Shown here piece after piece: positions 62,642-64,000 of a DNA stretch of 64,000 nucleotides (position 1 is the stretch's first letter; every line of letters begins with the position of its first letter). Under the pieces are notes generated by a model. The model saw only the letters and a list, made by a program, of their open reading frames with translations. It was not told where the DNA came from and made no database searches. The stretch lies in NCBI GenBank assembly GCA_963676835.2, contig CAXXFF010000001.1:608001-672000 (forward strand). The letters are read 5' to 3'. The DNA is from Marispirochaeta sp. GTDB lineage: Bacteria > Spirochaetota > Spirochaetia > JC444 > Marispirochaetaceae. Made by a program: the position numbers and the translations under genes.

Positions 62642-64000
62642 ATGAAGAAAACCTCCATATTCATCCTGCTGATACTAACTGCCGCCTTTACCGGTCTCTA
62701 CGGGCAGGTCAGCACCCTTGAAGAGTTTACGCCTCCGGAAGGAGACCGCCCGGGAAGAGTTACCGTGAACTTCCTTATTCCTCCCGGCCACTATCAGAGT
62801 CCGGATCCCGAATTCTTCGGTATCAGTATAAACCAGGATTCTCCCTATATTCTCGGATCAATAGCCTACTCCGATATGGATGTTGACGGCAAATACCGGG
62901 GCGAGACAAGCGTTACCGCGGAGCTTCTGCCGGGAGGATCCGGAAAAGGTGACTCTGCTGTCTCGGCATTCTACCAGCTGTGCCAGGATGACGGACTGTG
63001 TCTCATGCCAGAGACAGAAACTCTTATTCCCGAAGGCAGCACCGTTCAGAATCCGGTTAATCCGCCCCTGAACACAGGCTCACTGCTTGTCTATCTGATA
63101 TTCGCCCTTATAGGCGGGCTTCTTCTGAATGTAATGCCCTGTGTTCTGCCGGTACTCTCAATCAAAGCACTTAATCTGGTAAAACAGAGCGATGAAGAGA
63201 GAACAAATATCCGCAACCACGCCCTGGTCTTCGGCGCCGGGGTTGTCGGCAGCCTGCTCATTCTCGGGACCATTGTTGTTATCCTGAAAAATGCCGGAGA
63301 GGCTGTGGGTTGGGGATTTCAGTTCCAGAACCCTTACTACCTGTTCAGTCTGATAATGATTCTTCTCATCTTCGCCCTCTCTCTTTTCGATATGTGGACC
63401 CTCAATGTAAGCGCCGGAAGCCGGGTAACAGGACTCGTCTCCCGGGGAGGCTACCTGGGCTCCCTGGCGGGAGGTGTTTTTACGGTTCTTCTGGCAACTC
63501 CCTGTACTGCCCCCTTTCTGGGAACAGCATTGGGCTTTGCCTTCAGCCAGTCATCCCTGGTGATCCTGCTGATTTTTCTTTTTATCGGGATCGGACTGGC
63601 CCTACCCTTTACCCTGATCGGGTTTATTCCCTCCCTGGTGCGGCGTCTGCCCAAACCCGGTCCATGGATGAACACCTTTAAGGAGGCCATGGGACTGCTG
63701 CTGCTGGCTACAGCCGCCTGGCTCACCTCGGTGCTGATAAAACAGTTAGGGCAGCCCCGGACACTCTCTCTGCTTCTGAGCCTTACCGGAACAGTGGCGC
63801 TTATATGGATCTGGGGAAGATTCGGCCAGCGGGCAAAAACCCGCATAGTCCGCCGCATTACCGCCCTTATTGTCGCCGCGGCCCTGATTGCCATGGCAGT
63901 GGCCATTCCATCCGGAACTTCGGACACAGCAGCGGCAGAAACTGCTGCCCTGAAAGAGGGATGGCTAACCTTTTCACCCGAAGCTGTTGAAGCTGCCCGG
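62642..64000 (+). CDS. dsbD: Thiol:disulfide interchange protein DsbD (partial, runs off window end)
   Basis: Manual translation: signal peptide, YQLCQDDGLCLMP, LLNVMPCVLPVLSIK, WGFQFQ, LATPCTAPFLG, LPKPGPWM. Confidence 0.92.
   Translation, partial: MKKTSIFILLILTAAFTGLYGQVSTLEEFTPPEGDRPGRVTVNFLIPPGHYQSPDPEFFGISINQDSPYILGSIAYSDMDVDGKYRGETSVTAELLPGGSGKGDSAVSAFYQLCQDDGLCLMPETETLIPEGSTVQNPVNPPLNTGSLLVYLIFALIGGLLLNVMPCVLPVLSIKALNLVKQSDEERTNIRNHALVFGAGVVGSLLILGTIVVILKNAGEAVGWGFQFQNPYYLFSLIMILLIFALSLFDMWTLNVSAGSRVTGLVSRGGYLGSLAGGVFTVLLATPCTAPFLGTALGFAFSQSSLVILLIFLFIGIGLALPFTLIGFIPSLVRRLPKPGPWMNTFKEAMGLLLLATAAWLTSVLIKQLGQPRTLSLLLSLTGTVALIWIWGRFGQRAKTRIVRRITALIVAAALIAMAVAIPSGTSDTAAAETAALKEGWLTFSPEAVEAAR

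Overview
Mostly core chromosome of a free-living spirochaete (Spirochaetaceae-like, inferred from gene order and protein families). 1-13.7 kb: a minus-strand run of mraZ-rsmH-ftsL-murF-mraY-ftsW-ftsQ-ftsA-ftsZ-xerD-TPR lipoprotein-dprA-xerC-hslV-hslU (partial). 13.9-24.7 kb: DUF4912/GH57 branching enzyme, methyltransferase, M23 peptidase, recN, NAD kinase, a DegT-like protein and cheW. 24.8-33.5 kb: an accessory island with a GLUG-repeat lipoprotein, membrane-anchored AraC regulator, SLC13 transporter/DHDPS-like lyase/FadR operon with a visible operator, palindromic repeats and a complete IS66. 33.6-39.7 kb: a minus-strand rRNA operon (16S-tRNA-Ala-23S-5S). 39.8-64 kb: adk, upp, tRNA-Lys/Glu, two FadL/PorV-like barrels around an acidic lipoprotein, mtaB, bactofilin, tyrA, LOG, pta, dapB-dapA, two HEAT-repeat paralogs, rsmA, comEC, PilZ, CAAX protease, SBF/Acr3-like transporter, TlpA and dsbD (partial). 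The most striking signal is non-coding. The 23S gene has a ~95-nt intervening sequence at helix 25 whose 11-bp arms (CACCTAAATCC/GGATTTAGGTG) are identical to those of a nested palindromic element 11.4 kb away. The rRNA operon also carries a split tRNA-Ala 3' duplicate, a structured ~260-nt element in the 23S-5S spacer, and a REP-like array containing IS66 downstream of 5S. All calls come from reading motifs by eye; no database search or folding program was run. Start codons were often moved from the ORF track to a more plausible start.
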